Notes under the pieces: generated by a model | The model's input: the letters and a program-made list of their open reading frames with translations, nothing else | Told to the model about the DNA's origin: nothing | Databases searched by the model: none | Source: Epiperipatus broadwayi | Taxonomy: Eukaryota; Animalia; Onychophora | Direction: 5' to 3' | DNA length: 64,000 nucleotides | Assembly: GCA_028023455.1 (NCBI GenBank) | Contig: JAQFVV010000007.1 | Location: 9,424,001-9,488,000 of the forward strand | Shown here: in pieces, positions 1 to 9,750 of the stretch | Numbering within the stretch: position 1 is the first letter of the stretch | How the letters are laid out: every line of letters starts with the position of its first letter | Program-made: the position numbers and the translations under genes

Positions 1-925
1 AATAAATTGCTATAGTCTTTCTTAACAGGGGATGAAATTACACTGGTCAGTGACTATTGCATCTCTGTATAAATGATGATTGATTATCCAAACTCTTTAA
101 ATATTCTCTAGTATCACTGCTCGTAGAATAAGTTTTGTGTGTGCGTGTACATATTCAAGGTTATTATACTAATTGGTGTGAATACCTATTTGTGATGATA
201 CTAGTAATAGTAATGATGATGAGATACATAATAATGATCTAGAGACCAAATTAAAATAAATTCTGTAATATTTATTGAATGACAACAAAAAAATAAAAAA
301 TAATTTAACAATAGTGAGTTACATAATCAGCTATGTCAAGGATGAGCTTCTATCATATTGTTATTTAAAATAATGAAAATTCTTATCCATAACCCATGGT
401 AGAAATTCATGTACTTGTTACCGATTATTTACAAATGTACACACATAAAAAATAATAATTTTATAAGACCATGAATCTGACTGGCTAAATCAATATTATT
501 TAAGATGCATTTAAATTATTATTCTTTCCCAGTTCATGTTGATAGTTATCAATCTTATTGGGGACCCTTCCTTATCTATGAATACCTCCAATGTTAATAG
601 AAATAATGTTCGTGTAAAAATGTTAGTCAATTATACAGAAAAATGAAAAATAAACATAACAAAATATTAGTGAATGATAACAAATAACAAAAAATTCTGT
701 CCTTCATTTAATGCACATACTTAATGTGAGATATTTTCAAATTCTTACCTCTTTTCATTCCCCATTAGTACGTCAGAGTCATATTGGTGATGGGAGAGCA
801 AACTGACCTAATTTTTTTTAATAAAAAAAATGCTTAATTAAACCTTAACTGCTTTCCATCTTTCTTATTCTTAAAATGAACTTTTCTGAAATTCAGACAT
901 TTCTGCTTACAAGTATAGAAATGAA

Positions 926-959
926 AATAATAATAATAATAATAATAATAACAATAATA
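926..959. repeat. (AAT)n microsatellite
   Basis: About 11 AAT/AAC triplets in tandem. Confidence 0.9.
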
Positions 960-2232
960 GAAAACAAAAATCAAACTTTCCAATCAATTATGTTGATTAA
1001 TGACTGATGAGTTTGCTGGGAATGTCTTTCATATTATTAGTCCTTTTTTTTTTAAGATCGATCTCCTTGGATAATGATAACATACTGTTCCTTCAGAAAG
1101 TGGTATAATCATGCTTGGAACAATAGGACATCACTCTATTACAGTTGATTTCTCTTGGTTCATACACAGGCATTTCTCCAAAGACAGTAGATGTTTCTTT
1201 AGGCTTTGTGGCAATAGACAAGTGAAGTCACTGTGCTTTCATAGCTCCAGAAACTGTTTGCCCCTATGGCATTGTTACTTTAGCCAAAAAACATTGTACA
1301 GTGATCTATATCATATACAGATTTTAAGTAATTCCAGTTTAGCATTTAATAACGATATATATATATAAGAATTGTTTTGTGTCCTTTCCTTAGTTATTAA
1401 TGACTATTTACTTTCTTTCTCCTCATGCGCAAATAGAGTTAATGTTTCTTAAAATAAAATAAATTATTTACTTCTTTAAGTTGAATGATTTACCTATTAA
1501 TTTTGAATTTAATTGCTGGTTTGGCTTTCTAAGTACTTCAGCGCTATTCAAAATCTATTTCATTTCAAATATATAAGTCCATTTTATAGCATTTGAATTT
1601 ACATATAAAGAAGTTGACTTTTATTTAGTGAAAGCATTGTTTTAAAAAAAGGATGAAGTTTCGAACTGTTTTTATACAATATTCAGTTTGAAAATGAAAT
1701 TAATTCATTTCTGACTGTTGGTGTGTTGAATCTTGCATTTCTTTATATGCTGATATGATTTCCTATTGTTGTAGTAGATTTTATTTATAGAAATTGGACT
1801 AAAACAATTATTTATTGAAGTTTTAATTTTGTTTCTACAGTTGGTCACCTAGTGACTGATTTGAGATTAGGTCATTATTTTATGCATTTCCTCAAACATC
1901 TTTATTATTGTTCTGGTTTAGTTTGTAATGTACAACATTGATGTTAGGCTACATATATATTTGACTGAATTTTTTAGAATGTTTAGTTTGAGTACTTATA
2001 ATTTTATAATTTTTTCATTATGATAGAAAAAATTAAGCTGTTGTGGGATTAAGTGTTTTAATCACTAATAAATCAAATGTTTAACATGTGTATGTGAACC
2101 TTAAAAAATATACTAAATTGCTTAGTAATCTAGGGGTTAAGCACATATTTTCCATGGCCCAATTTGACGATGTGGATTAATCTGAAATGGTGTGACAAAG
2201 TTGTAAGATACCCTTACATTATATAGCTTGCA

Positions 2233-2527
2233 TAGCTCTAAACAAGCTTTTTTTATGATAAATGCTACAAGAGAAGGCATTTCAAATCATCTTTATCTAG
2301 GATTATCTCCATCCCCAGACTGGTTTTGAGCTATGGCTCTCTTCAATGAGGAGCTAGGACATCAGATTCAAAAAACCAACTCGAGCTAAGCATTTATCTA
2401 ATAGTTAACTCTTAATAAAAGAACTGAACTTTTCAAATATCTACATGTCTTTAAATTCAGCTCTTTAACTGAAAAATCATGGCCTCAACATTTATCATAA
2501 AAAAAGCTTGTTTAGAGCTATTAGCAC
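2233..2527. mobile_element. Family F3 short hammerhead-bearing element, palindromic insertion
   Basis: 32-bp inverted arms (tagctctaaacaagctttttttatgataaatg at 2233; reverse complement ending 2520). The internal sequence aligns with 56491-56730 and holds a decayed hammerhead on the minus strand. Confidence 0.7.
2311..2354 (-). ncRNA. Decayed minimal type I hammerhead ribozyme (F3)
   Basis: Minus strand reads CTCCTCA TTGAAGA GAGC-CATA-GCTC AAAA C-CA-GTC TGGGGAT. Stems I and II are intact; core C3 and G12 are mutated. Confidence 0.6.
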
Positions 2528-2662
2528 ACTCTTTATTATATATATGAAATGTAAACAACTACTCTTCACAAATAAATGCACTATAAAATTGACACATAGT
2601 ATCTCCTATCAATAAATGCTTCAAAGAATAAATGATTAACCTATGCTTAAAGCTTATTCCTT

Positions 2663-2796
2663 AAATAAATCAACATTTATTGACTCTCTTTGAATTTAGG
2701 TTTGATCTTATTGCAATTTTTTATATAAACTTATGTTGATTTTTGTAATAAGATCAAGGCCTAAATTCAAACATGATCAATAAGTGTTGTTTTATT
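2663..2796. repeat. Imperfect palindrome (foldback), ~53-bp arms
   Basis: aaataaatcaacatttattga...tgaatttaggtttgatcttattgcaa pairs with ttgtaataagatcaaggcctaaattcaa...tcaataagtgttgttttatt. Confidence 0.8.
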
Positions 2797-3160
2797 AACA
2801 ACTGAGTTCTAAGCCTAGGTGGACCACTTAAGCTTTTAAAACCTTTATTAACAAGAGAGTGCATGTCTATTTTATAGCGCAGGTGAAGAGCAGTTTTCTT
2901 CCACAATATTTCATAGGTGTATAAATCACTATATTATCAATTATATATATATATGTGAAATCCAGATATCTATATGGCTACAGAGAAGTAACAATATATT
3001 TAAATTTATCCTGCAGTATTACTTAGATAACAAAGACCAGATTATACACAGATTAAAAAAATGGCAACTTATTTTCTTTCATCTGCTTATAATTTGAACT
3101 TTGTAATCTACATGGTGTTGTTGGATAAATTTAAATGTTAGATTGCCATACATAATATAT

Positions 3161-3354
3161 ATCATTAAAAACCAGTCAACACTGAGACAATCCCAAAATC
3201 AATTCAATCAACAATTTCAAATTGTTGTCAGGGTAACTTCCATTTAGCAATAAATTCACCTTTATTGTTAAAAGGAGGTTGCTTTGTCAACAGTTTGAAA
3301 TTGTTGATTATATTGATATTGGGATTGTCTAAGTGTTGACTGGTTTTTAATGAT
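3161..3354. repeat. Long near-perfect palindrome (~194 bp)
   Basis: atcattaaaaaccagtcaacactgagacaatccc... pairs with ...gggattgtctaagtgttgactggtttttaatgat; pairing continues inward with a few mismatches. Confidence 0.9.
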
Positions 3355-3470
3355 TACTTACAAACCCATTTATCTTTGAAAATTATTAGAAATATATGTA
3401 TTTATAAAGAGAGAAAGAATAGCAATTTTCTACTTTTCATCATCATCATTATTATTATCATTGTTATTAT

Positions 3471-4021
3471 TAATATACTTTTTTATATTCTTCATGCCAC
3501 CTATACTAAGCATTAAAACAGTGGCAGTTGTCAGATGACAGTATTTTATAAGTCTCTATCCTGTATTTTCCTATTCAAAATCCCTAGACTAGTTTGAACC
3601 TTATATCTTTCATCAGTGAGGAGATTTGAATCTTCAAACAGTCTAACTGGATCTTTAGGATTTAATGTACCTTTTCTCCAGACCTCTTGTTATAATATCA
3701 AGCTAGTGTACCAAACTGAAAAGCATATAGATGTTTTCGATCTAAGCCAACTTGCTTAAAACTGAATCCAATTCAGTTCCTATGTATTATGGTCTCTTTA
3801 GTTTTTTAATTACTAACATCATCTCTATATTGTGGCCAGGATTTGATATACACCAATAAAATATCATGACTTATCACATGACTTCAGCTTGCATATTGCT
3901 CTTATAGTAACATACTTTTATACCCTTATGCCACTTACAGGAAGCTTTAATAAGTGGCATAAAGAAGATGAAAAAGTATGTTACTATTACAAGGTGATGT
4001 CATGAATTAGGTCATATGATA
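3471..4021. mobile_element. Family F1-related (F1b) hammerhead element: ~1.1 monomers plus inverted end
   Basis: The segment at 3471-3535 recurs at ~3905-3960 (period about 434 bp) and is followed by its reverse complement (3951-4021). The region 3560-3900 is colinear with 6550-6900. Confidence 0.6.
3581..3624 (-). ncRNA. Decayed minimal hammerhead (F1b)
   Basis: Minus strand reads CTCCTCA CTGATGA aagatataaggtt CAAAC TA GTC TAGGGA. CUGAUGA is intact, GAAA is changed to CAAA and stem II is eroded. Confidence 0.55.
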
Positions 4022-5186
4022 TTTTTATTATTGTTAAAACGTATTGTACTGTACAAACAAAATATTTAATTTCGCTGGATTTTTTTGCAAATATTAATAA
4101 CTTCAAAACATTCAGAAATTATTATTAGACCATGATTTATGACTATACCTGTCTTCTTTGATCACATAAAAATATAATCTTAAATAATTTAACGCAGAAT
4201 AAAGGCTACTTAAAACAGTAAAAGAGAAGATTTTACTTACTAGTCTAGCCAGCTATCAACAAGTAAACTTTTAATAGATTTTAAAACATTTTATCCTCTA
4301 ATTCTATCTAAGTTGCTTAAAATTTTTCTTATTAATTGAAAATTTAAATTCTACATTGATTCAAACTCATGATCACAAATGTGGCAGGTGGGTTTACTAA
4401 CCAGTGAAGTACAAAGTGCTTCTTTTAATAAATAACCACAGATATATGCACGAGACATTTCTTGACAAAAGGTACTGTGTTCAAACAAAAAACAATCGAT
4501 TAGTGGTAGTTATAATTACGCCCTTGGAAAATATATAATTAATGGTAACCATAGTTACGACCTTGGAAAAGATCTAATCAACTTGTTTTTCATCAGATAT
4601 ATAAAGCTGTTAGAAGTGCTTAACTTATATCACTTCAATATTTACTGGGAAGCTTTTATTTTTTTAAAATTCAAAATTTAGACAAATTTATTCTTTTGAA
4701 ACCTAAATGAAATAAAATAAAAAAAGATTTTAAATTGATTTATAAAATATATTTATTTAATCAAACTGTCTTTTTCGTCACATTTTTTATTATTTGCTCT
4801 GAATATCAATTCAATGGAGTGTTTAAATTTTGAAATTTTATCATTTAAAATGTGTTCATCCTTACCTTAGTAAAACAATAAAAAGTAAACACTAAATGTA
4901 GAATTCTACAAGATAACTCGCATGAAATTTCTTATAAAATTAAATCAACTTGATAAATTTAAAGAATCTTTGAAATTTTATGAAAAAAGTTATTTTTTTT
5001 ATAGACACAAAAGAGATCTGAATTTTTATATCTATTTATTTTAAAACTAAGAAAATAAATATTGATTGAAATCAGATAAATTTTCTGGAGAGTAGATAAA
5101 GGATTCGCGGATCGGCTTGTACGGCAGTCGCAAAATTCAACTTTTATTTTGTATTGTTTGCTTTGTTTTTTACGGGTACTAAAATG

Positions 5187-5689
5187 TAATTAGAGGGAAT
5201 TCGAACACAAACTTTCAAGCTCTCTTCAGCTATCGTCTCCATCTTATGTAACCGACGCACATGACCACATTCATGTGAAAAAGATAAATGATTTCCAATG
5301 CTAAACCAGCACTCATCAGTTTGTCTAGCTCATCATCTCCCACACACACACACACATATATATAATCAATGTTCAGTGTATATTAAGATTTTCAGTTTAT
5401 ATTAATTATTCTAAATAATATGGATGGCCGAAGAGTTAGAGGATGGAGAAGATTTAAACATGTCCATTAAAGTTTGAAAAATTGCTATCTTATTATAAAC
5501 GGAGCATTGATTATATATATGGGTAGAAGATGATAATCTGGATCATTTGATGAATGCTGGATCAGCATGAAATACATACATTGGAGATTATTCATTTTTT
5601 TCACATATATGTAGTCATGTGTCAGTTGTATAAAATGGAGTGGATAGCTTAAGGGAGTTTGAAAGTCTTTGTTCAAATCCCCTCTAATT
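5187..5689. mobile_element. Two family F2 copies in inverted orientation (5187-5400 minus, 5420-5689 plus)
   Basis: The ends taattagagggaattcgaac... and ...gttcaaatcccctctaatt are inverted. Both copies align with 9412-9667, 23290-23531, 26858-27125 and 27890-28156. The hammerhead is decayed in the plus copy (TTGATGA...GAAA) and partly deleted in the minus copy. Confidence 0.8.
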
Positions 5690-6559
5690 TCATCTAAAGT
5701 TCAGTACATACATTATACTTGTATGAAAAAGTAAGTGGTTTTCTCCAAGCTTTCAACAGCCAATTTCTGAATTAATACATGTTATGCAGTGACATATTTT
5801 ATCAAGACAAAATTGTAATGTCCTATTGTGTCTAGATATTGAGTTATAACATGAAATCTGACAGAGGTTTCATACTTTAACCTACAATGAAATAACATGC
5901 TGATATTTAAATTTGTTTTCAAAGCCATGGGTTGCAAGAATGTTTTTCTGACATTTACAAGATTTCATGTCAGGAAGAGCATTGAAGATAATCCACTAAT
6001 GTACAAAATTTTCTGTCATATTTTGTGTCTAAATCATGATCAAAACATACTATTGCTTTAAATGTTTTAGATGAATAGCTAAACCATGTCATTATGTAAC
6101 TCATGCATAGATTCATAGATGTCTCTGCAAGCAGCATGGAGAGAAAACCAATCACCTTTCACTGGAACATTTTATTACTATTTTCAATTTTTTTCTTTAA
6201 ACATTTTTCTCCAAAGTGTTGTTAATTAGCATTTATGTTATCATAATAGTGCAAATAGTTTGGCATGTTTCTATTCCACAGTTCAATTTGGATGATGATG
6301 ATAATGATGTATGCTTAAGCATTCTCATTTTATTTCTTTGTAAAGATGCCTCCAATGAAAGAAGGAACTCATTAAAGCATATGACCTGATTTTGAGTTTT
6401 GAGAGGCTAAAATAAATAATGGTATGTGCAGAAAACAGTAATAATTTATAAACGGGGCAAAACTCTCCATACAGTATTGCCACCTGTGCTAAACAGAGTA
6501 ATCAATGGATGCCAGAAGGCTTGTGCATAAAATCCCTATCTAATGCCTACTCATCCAAT

Positions 6560-6603
6560 ATCCCCAGACTAGTTTCTGGCTTGTGGCCTTCGTCAGTGAG
6601 GAG
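6560..6603 (-). ncRNA. Minimal type I hammerhead ribozyme (F1)
   Basis: Minus strand reads CTCCTCA CTGACGA A-GGC-CACAA-GCC-A GAAA C-TA-G TC TGGGGAT. Conserved core, GUC cleavage triplet, stem I TCCTCA/TGGGGA, palindromic CTAG stem III. The pair at the base of stem II is A.A rather than the usual G:C. Confidence 0.75.
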
Positions 6604-7217
6604 CTTTGGATCTGAGAGCACTGCATCTAGATCTTAGGATCTAATGCAACCCTCTAGCAACCACCTTTTATCTTTACTTAACTACAAAACTATGAGAATG
6701 AAATTGAAAACACAAAAAATATTTTCAATCTAAGCTCAATAGCTTATATAGTTATATGGGTCTGAACTCAGTTCAGCACCCATACATTTTGGTGTCTTTG
6801 GCTCTTTTACAACCATAGCCACCACTATCCTATTAGGCAGGATTGGTGTTAAACCATTAAGCATCACATGATCACATTTCCTATACTAGCACATTAATTG
6901 TTGATAAACAGAGCAAAACTCTCCATACAGTATTGCCACCTGTGCTAAACAGAGTAATCAATGGATGCCAGAAGGCTTGTGCATAAAATCCCTATCTAAT
7001 GCCTACTCATCCAATATCCCCCAAGACACCAAAATGTATGGGTGCTGAACTGAGTTCAGACCCATATGACTATATAAGCTATTGAGCTTAGATTGAAAAT
7101 ATTTTTTGTGTTTTCAATTTCATTCTCATAGTTTTGTAGTTAAGTAGAGATAAAAGGTGGTTGCTAGAGGGTTGCATTAGATCCTAAGATCTAGATGCAG
7201 TGCTCTCAGATCCAAAG

Positions 7218-7261
7218 CTCCTCACTGATGAAGGCCACAAGCCAGAAACTAGTCTGGGGAT
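7218..7261 (+). ncRNA. Minimal type I hammerhead ribozyme (F1, inverted copy)
   Basis: CTCCTCA CTGATGA AGGCCACAAGCCA GAAAC TA GTC TGGGGAT. It differs from the 6560 copy only at variable position N7; predicted cleavage is after 7254. Confidence 0.75.
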
Positions 7262-7429
7262 ATTGGATGAGTAGGCATTAGATAGGGATTTTATGCACAA
7301 GCCTTCTGGCATCCATTGATTACTTTGTTTAGCACAGGTGGCAATACTGTATGGAGAGTTTTGCTCTGTTTATCAACAATTAATGTGCTAGTATAGGAAA
7401 TGTGATCAAGTAATAATTTATCTTCGATG

Positions 7430-7700
7430 ATGATCCAATCCATTGCCTAATTTTCAACATTAGACTAAAATATGTATCACATGACTTTTTGGTTTCAGCT
7501 TACTTTAAATCAAGTGCAGAGTAAGGACATTCATCATTCCATTATCTTATTTTGTCGAGGAAATCAGTAAGACGATGTCAGATCTGTTCGTGCATTCAGT
7601 TTTTCCAATGACCAGATTGGTTAAATATTAAAACAGGCTAAAGCCCATTACACTTGCAATATCTTACATATCTTATGTTTTTTTAATTCAAGCCACTTAC
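7430..7700 (-). mobile_element. Highly decayed non-LTR RT fragment
   Basis: Minus frame NQSGHWKN*...FLDKIR*WNDE...ALDLK*AE loosely resembles the QxGFR...LDLxKAFD block. Confidence 0.3.
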
Positions 7701-8232
7701 TTATTCAGTTATCTTCAATATCTTTATTAGTATCTTTCAAAATTAGATACCTCACATTAACCTAAAATACTTTTTACTTTGTGCACTGCTCTACAAATCC
7801 GTGTTATTACTCTTCTCCTTGATATCATATATTATTATTTTCTTTTCATATTTCTTATCTTTCACAACCCTTGTAGTTCTCTATCTCTATGTATATGCAC
7901 AATCTAGTTCCTCTCTTGCTTTATGATTTTCAGAACAGTGATAGAGCTATACATTATGGATGTCAAGATCTATGGAATACATCAAATTCTGTCACTTCTA
8001 ATGTCCAAATTTCTTACAAAGTCCTGAGCTATAAACTATTAATTTTTATAATAAATAATATTTTTTAAATACATTGTTGATTTTATCTTCTCAACCTTTC
8101 TGGCAGCACTGCTTAATTGCCCTTTCTTTTTTTCATTTATAGAATCCAAACAAATATTTAACAAATCTCTTTTTTTAGTTTTAATGGATGGCCTAATATT
8201 TTATCCTTATCAAAAGCTTATTTACACCTAAC

Positions 8233-8363
8233 TTCAAGCATTTGTCTTGCATTGGTGGTCGAGAGGTCTGCACGACTGCCTTGCACTTGCAGGCAGTTGC
8301 CCGGGTTGCGGGTTCACGTCCCGGTCGATGCTATGACACTTTTAAAAAAAAATTCAAGCATTT
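8233..8363 (+). pseudogene. Retroposed tRNA-Gly(TCC)-like copy with A-tail and 11-bp target-site duplication
   Basis: 8249-8332 (GCATTGGTGGTCGAGAGGTCTGCACGACTGCCTTGCA[CTTGCA]GGCAGTTGCCCGGGTT[GCGGGTT]CACGTCCCGGTCGATGCT) aligns with the eukaryotic tRNA-Gly(TCC) body. It is followed by the trailer atgacactttt and A9, and flanked by ttcaagcattt at 8233-8243 and 8353-8363. Confidence 0.75.
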
Positions 8364-8899
8364 AAAAAGTTAAAAAAGAACTATTATATAATCTTCCACA
8401 CCCTTGCTTTTCATTTTTTATTTTTGTAGATATTTTCAGTGTTTCAATTTTTATTTGTTTTTTTTTTTTAAATAAGAATGAAGTTTATTGTATATATGGT
8501 ATATAATGATCTATTTTTAAAAATACTTTACTGCTGACTGATCATAATAATCAAATGATTTACTGGTCTGGAGTTCATAAGCGGTTTGAGTTGTGAATCA
8601 TGGACCTTGAACTCCAGCGTCTGCCACTGAACTAAACAACAAAGGGCATTAATGTTTCATTAGCTCATAAATGAATATGGCCATCCTAATTCCAGAATAA
8701 AAAAAATTATAAAGAACAAAAATTAAAAAAAAAAAATCTATAACACATGAATATGTCTATATGTATCACATGTGGATCCATTGTCTCATTATCTGACATC
8801 TTGTGATACTTTTAATTTTTCTGCAATAAATTTTTCACTCTTTAAAAGTTTCAATAGCTTTTCAATATATTTCATTCTTCTAATTAAAGTAATCATCAT

Positions 8900-9320
8900 T
8901 ATCATCCACTAAAGTATGAAGATCTCTCTAAGTTTAATTCAGTTTATCTAATTCATAGCTTATCTTCTTTATATCCCACAAACAAACTTCCATATTTCAT
9001 TCATCCATTTTACATGCAGGCTATTTTAGGTTTCTTTTACAATTCCTTGGAATACAGTTTAAGATCTCAATGATTCATCTATTATCATCTCTTATAGTTA
9101 TATGTTAGCCCAGGCTCACTTCCATTTCTTCAATGTTGTTTGTTTTTCACCCATATATTTTATTTTTGATTCCTTTTTATTACTATTTAGAGCTTCTTCT
9201 GTATAATCTTTTATAATGTAAATGAGATCTGCTTATCCTATTAAAACAGTACTTATATTTTCTATAAATCTCTTTATACATTTTACATCTAATGAAGATG
9301 TTCCCTTATATGAATAGATA
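8900..9320 (-). mobile_element. RTE-clade LINE 3' ORF remnant
   Basis: Minus frame ...LG*HITIRDDNR*IIEILNCIPRNCKRNLK*PACKMDE resembles the WAGH..R.D.RW..IL.W.PR..KR..GRP..W C-terminus. Confidence 0.55.
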
Positions 9321-9411
9321 CAATATCATCATTTCATCAAAGCTGAAAATTGTACCAATTTGGTCTTACAATTTTTGGCATCATATAATCTAATTATTAT
9401 GAAGTTATGTT

Positions 9412-9667
9412 TTGAAGAGTTTGGGGGTAAATTGGATTGAAGCCTGTCTGTTAAAGTATGAAGATTGGCTGTTTTAATATAAACTGAGCATTGATGTATA
9501 TATGTGTGGAGATGATAATCTGGACCAACTGATGAGTGCTGGTTTAGCATGAAATACGTATACTGGTGATTATTTATCTTTTCAACATGTGTGTGATCAA
9601 GTGTGTTAGCAGTATGAGATAGCATGATCATTAAGGGTCATGTGAAAGTCTGAGTTCAAACCCCTAT
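9412..9667 (+). mobile_element. Family F2 short element (~255 bp), best-preserved copy
   Basis: Aligns along its length with five other copies. It has a central (TA/TG) microsatellite-like stretch, a hammerhead, and ends in ...gttcaaacccctata. Confidence 0.8.
9515..9573 (+). ncRNA. Minimal type I hammerhead ribozyme (F2)
   Basis: ACCAA CTGATGA GTGCT-GGTTT-AGCAT GAAA T-ACGT-A TA CTGGT. Intact core, 5-bp stem II, palindromic TACGTA stem III, AUA triplet (cleavage after 9562). Stem I has one A.C mismatch and is extended by ATAATC/GATTAT. Confidence 0.75.
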
Positions 9668-9750
9668 ATATTACATATTGGAGTGCAGGTATGAAAAAGC
9701 CCTGTATTTCAGAAAAAATTATACATTATCACTTCAGTATAATAAATTTT

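Larger units (their letters stand above)
6452..7410. mobile_element. Family F1 composite insertion: 456-bp monomer repeated ~1.25 times plus a ~390-bp inverted copy
   Basis: gcaaaactctccatacag... occurs at 6457 and 6913 (period 456). Positions 7022-7410 are the continuous reverse complement of [6865-6912][6457-6810], with only a few substitutions. Confidence 0.9.

Noticed and set aside
1030-1368. ORF 1111-1368 and opposite-strand frames
   Set aside because: No recognisable motif; all minus frames are interrupted by stops.
6452-7410. Whole-genome-amplification or long-read foldback chimera
   Set aside because: The arms differ by several substitutions and the same geometry recurs in diverged copies (3471-4021, 12497, 34729, 38721). 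Read-level confirmation is still advisable.
5485-9631. Related short ORFs at 5485-5676, 9329-9631 and 28073-28297 as a peptide family
   Set aside because: They are chance translations of F2 repeat copies; frames are not conserved between copies.
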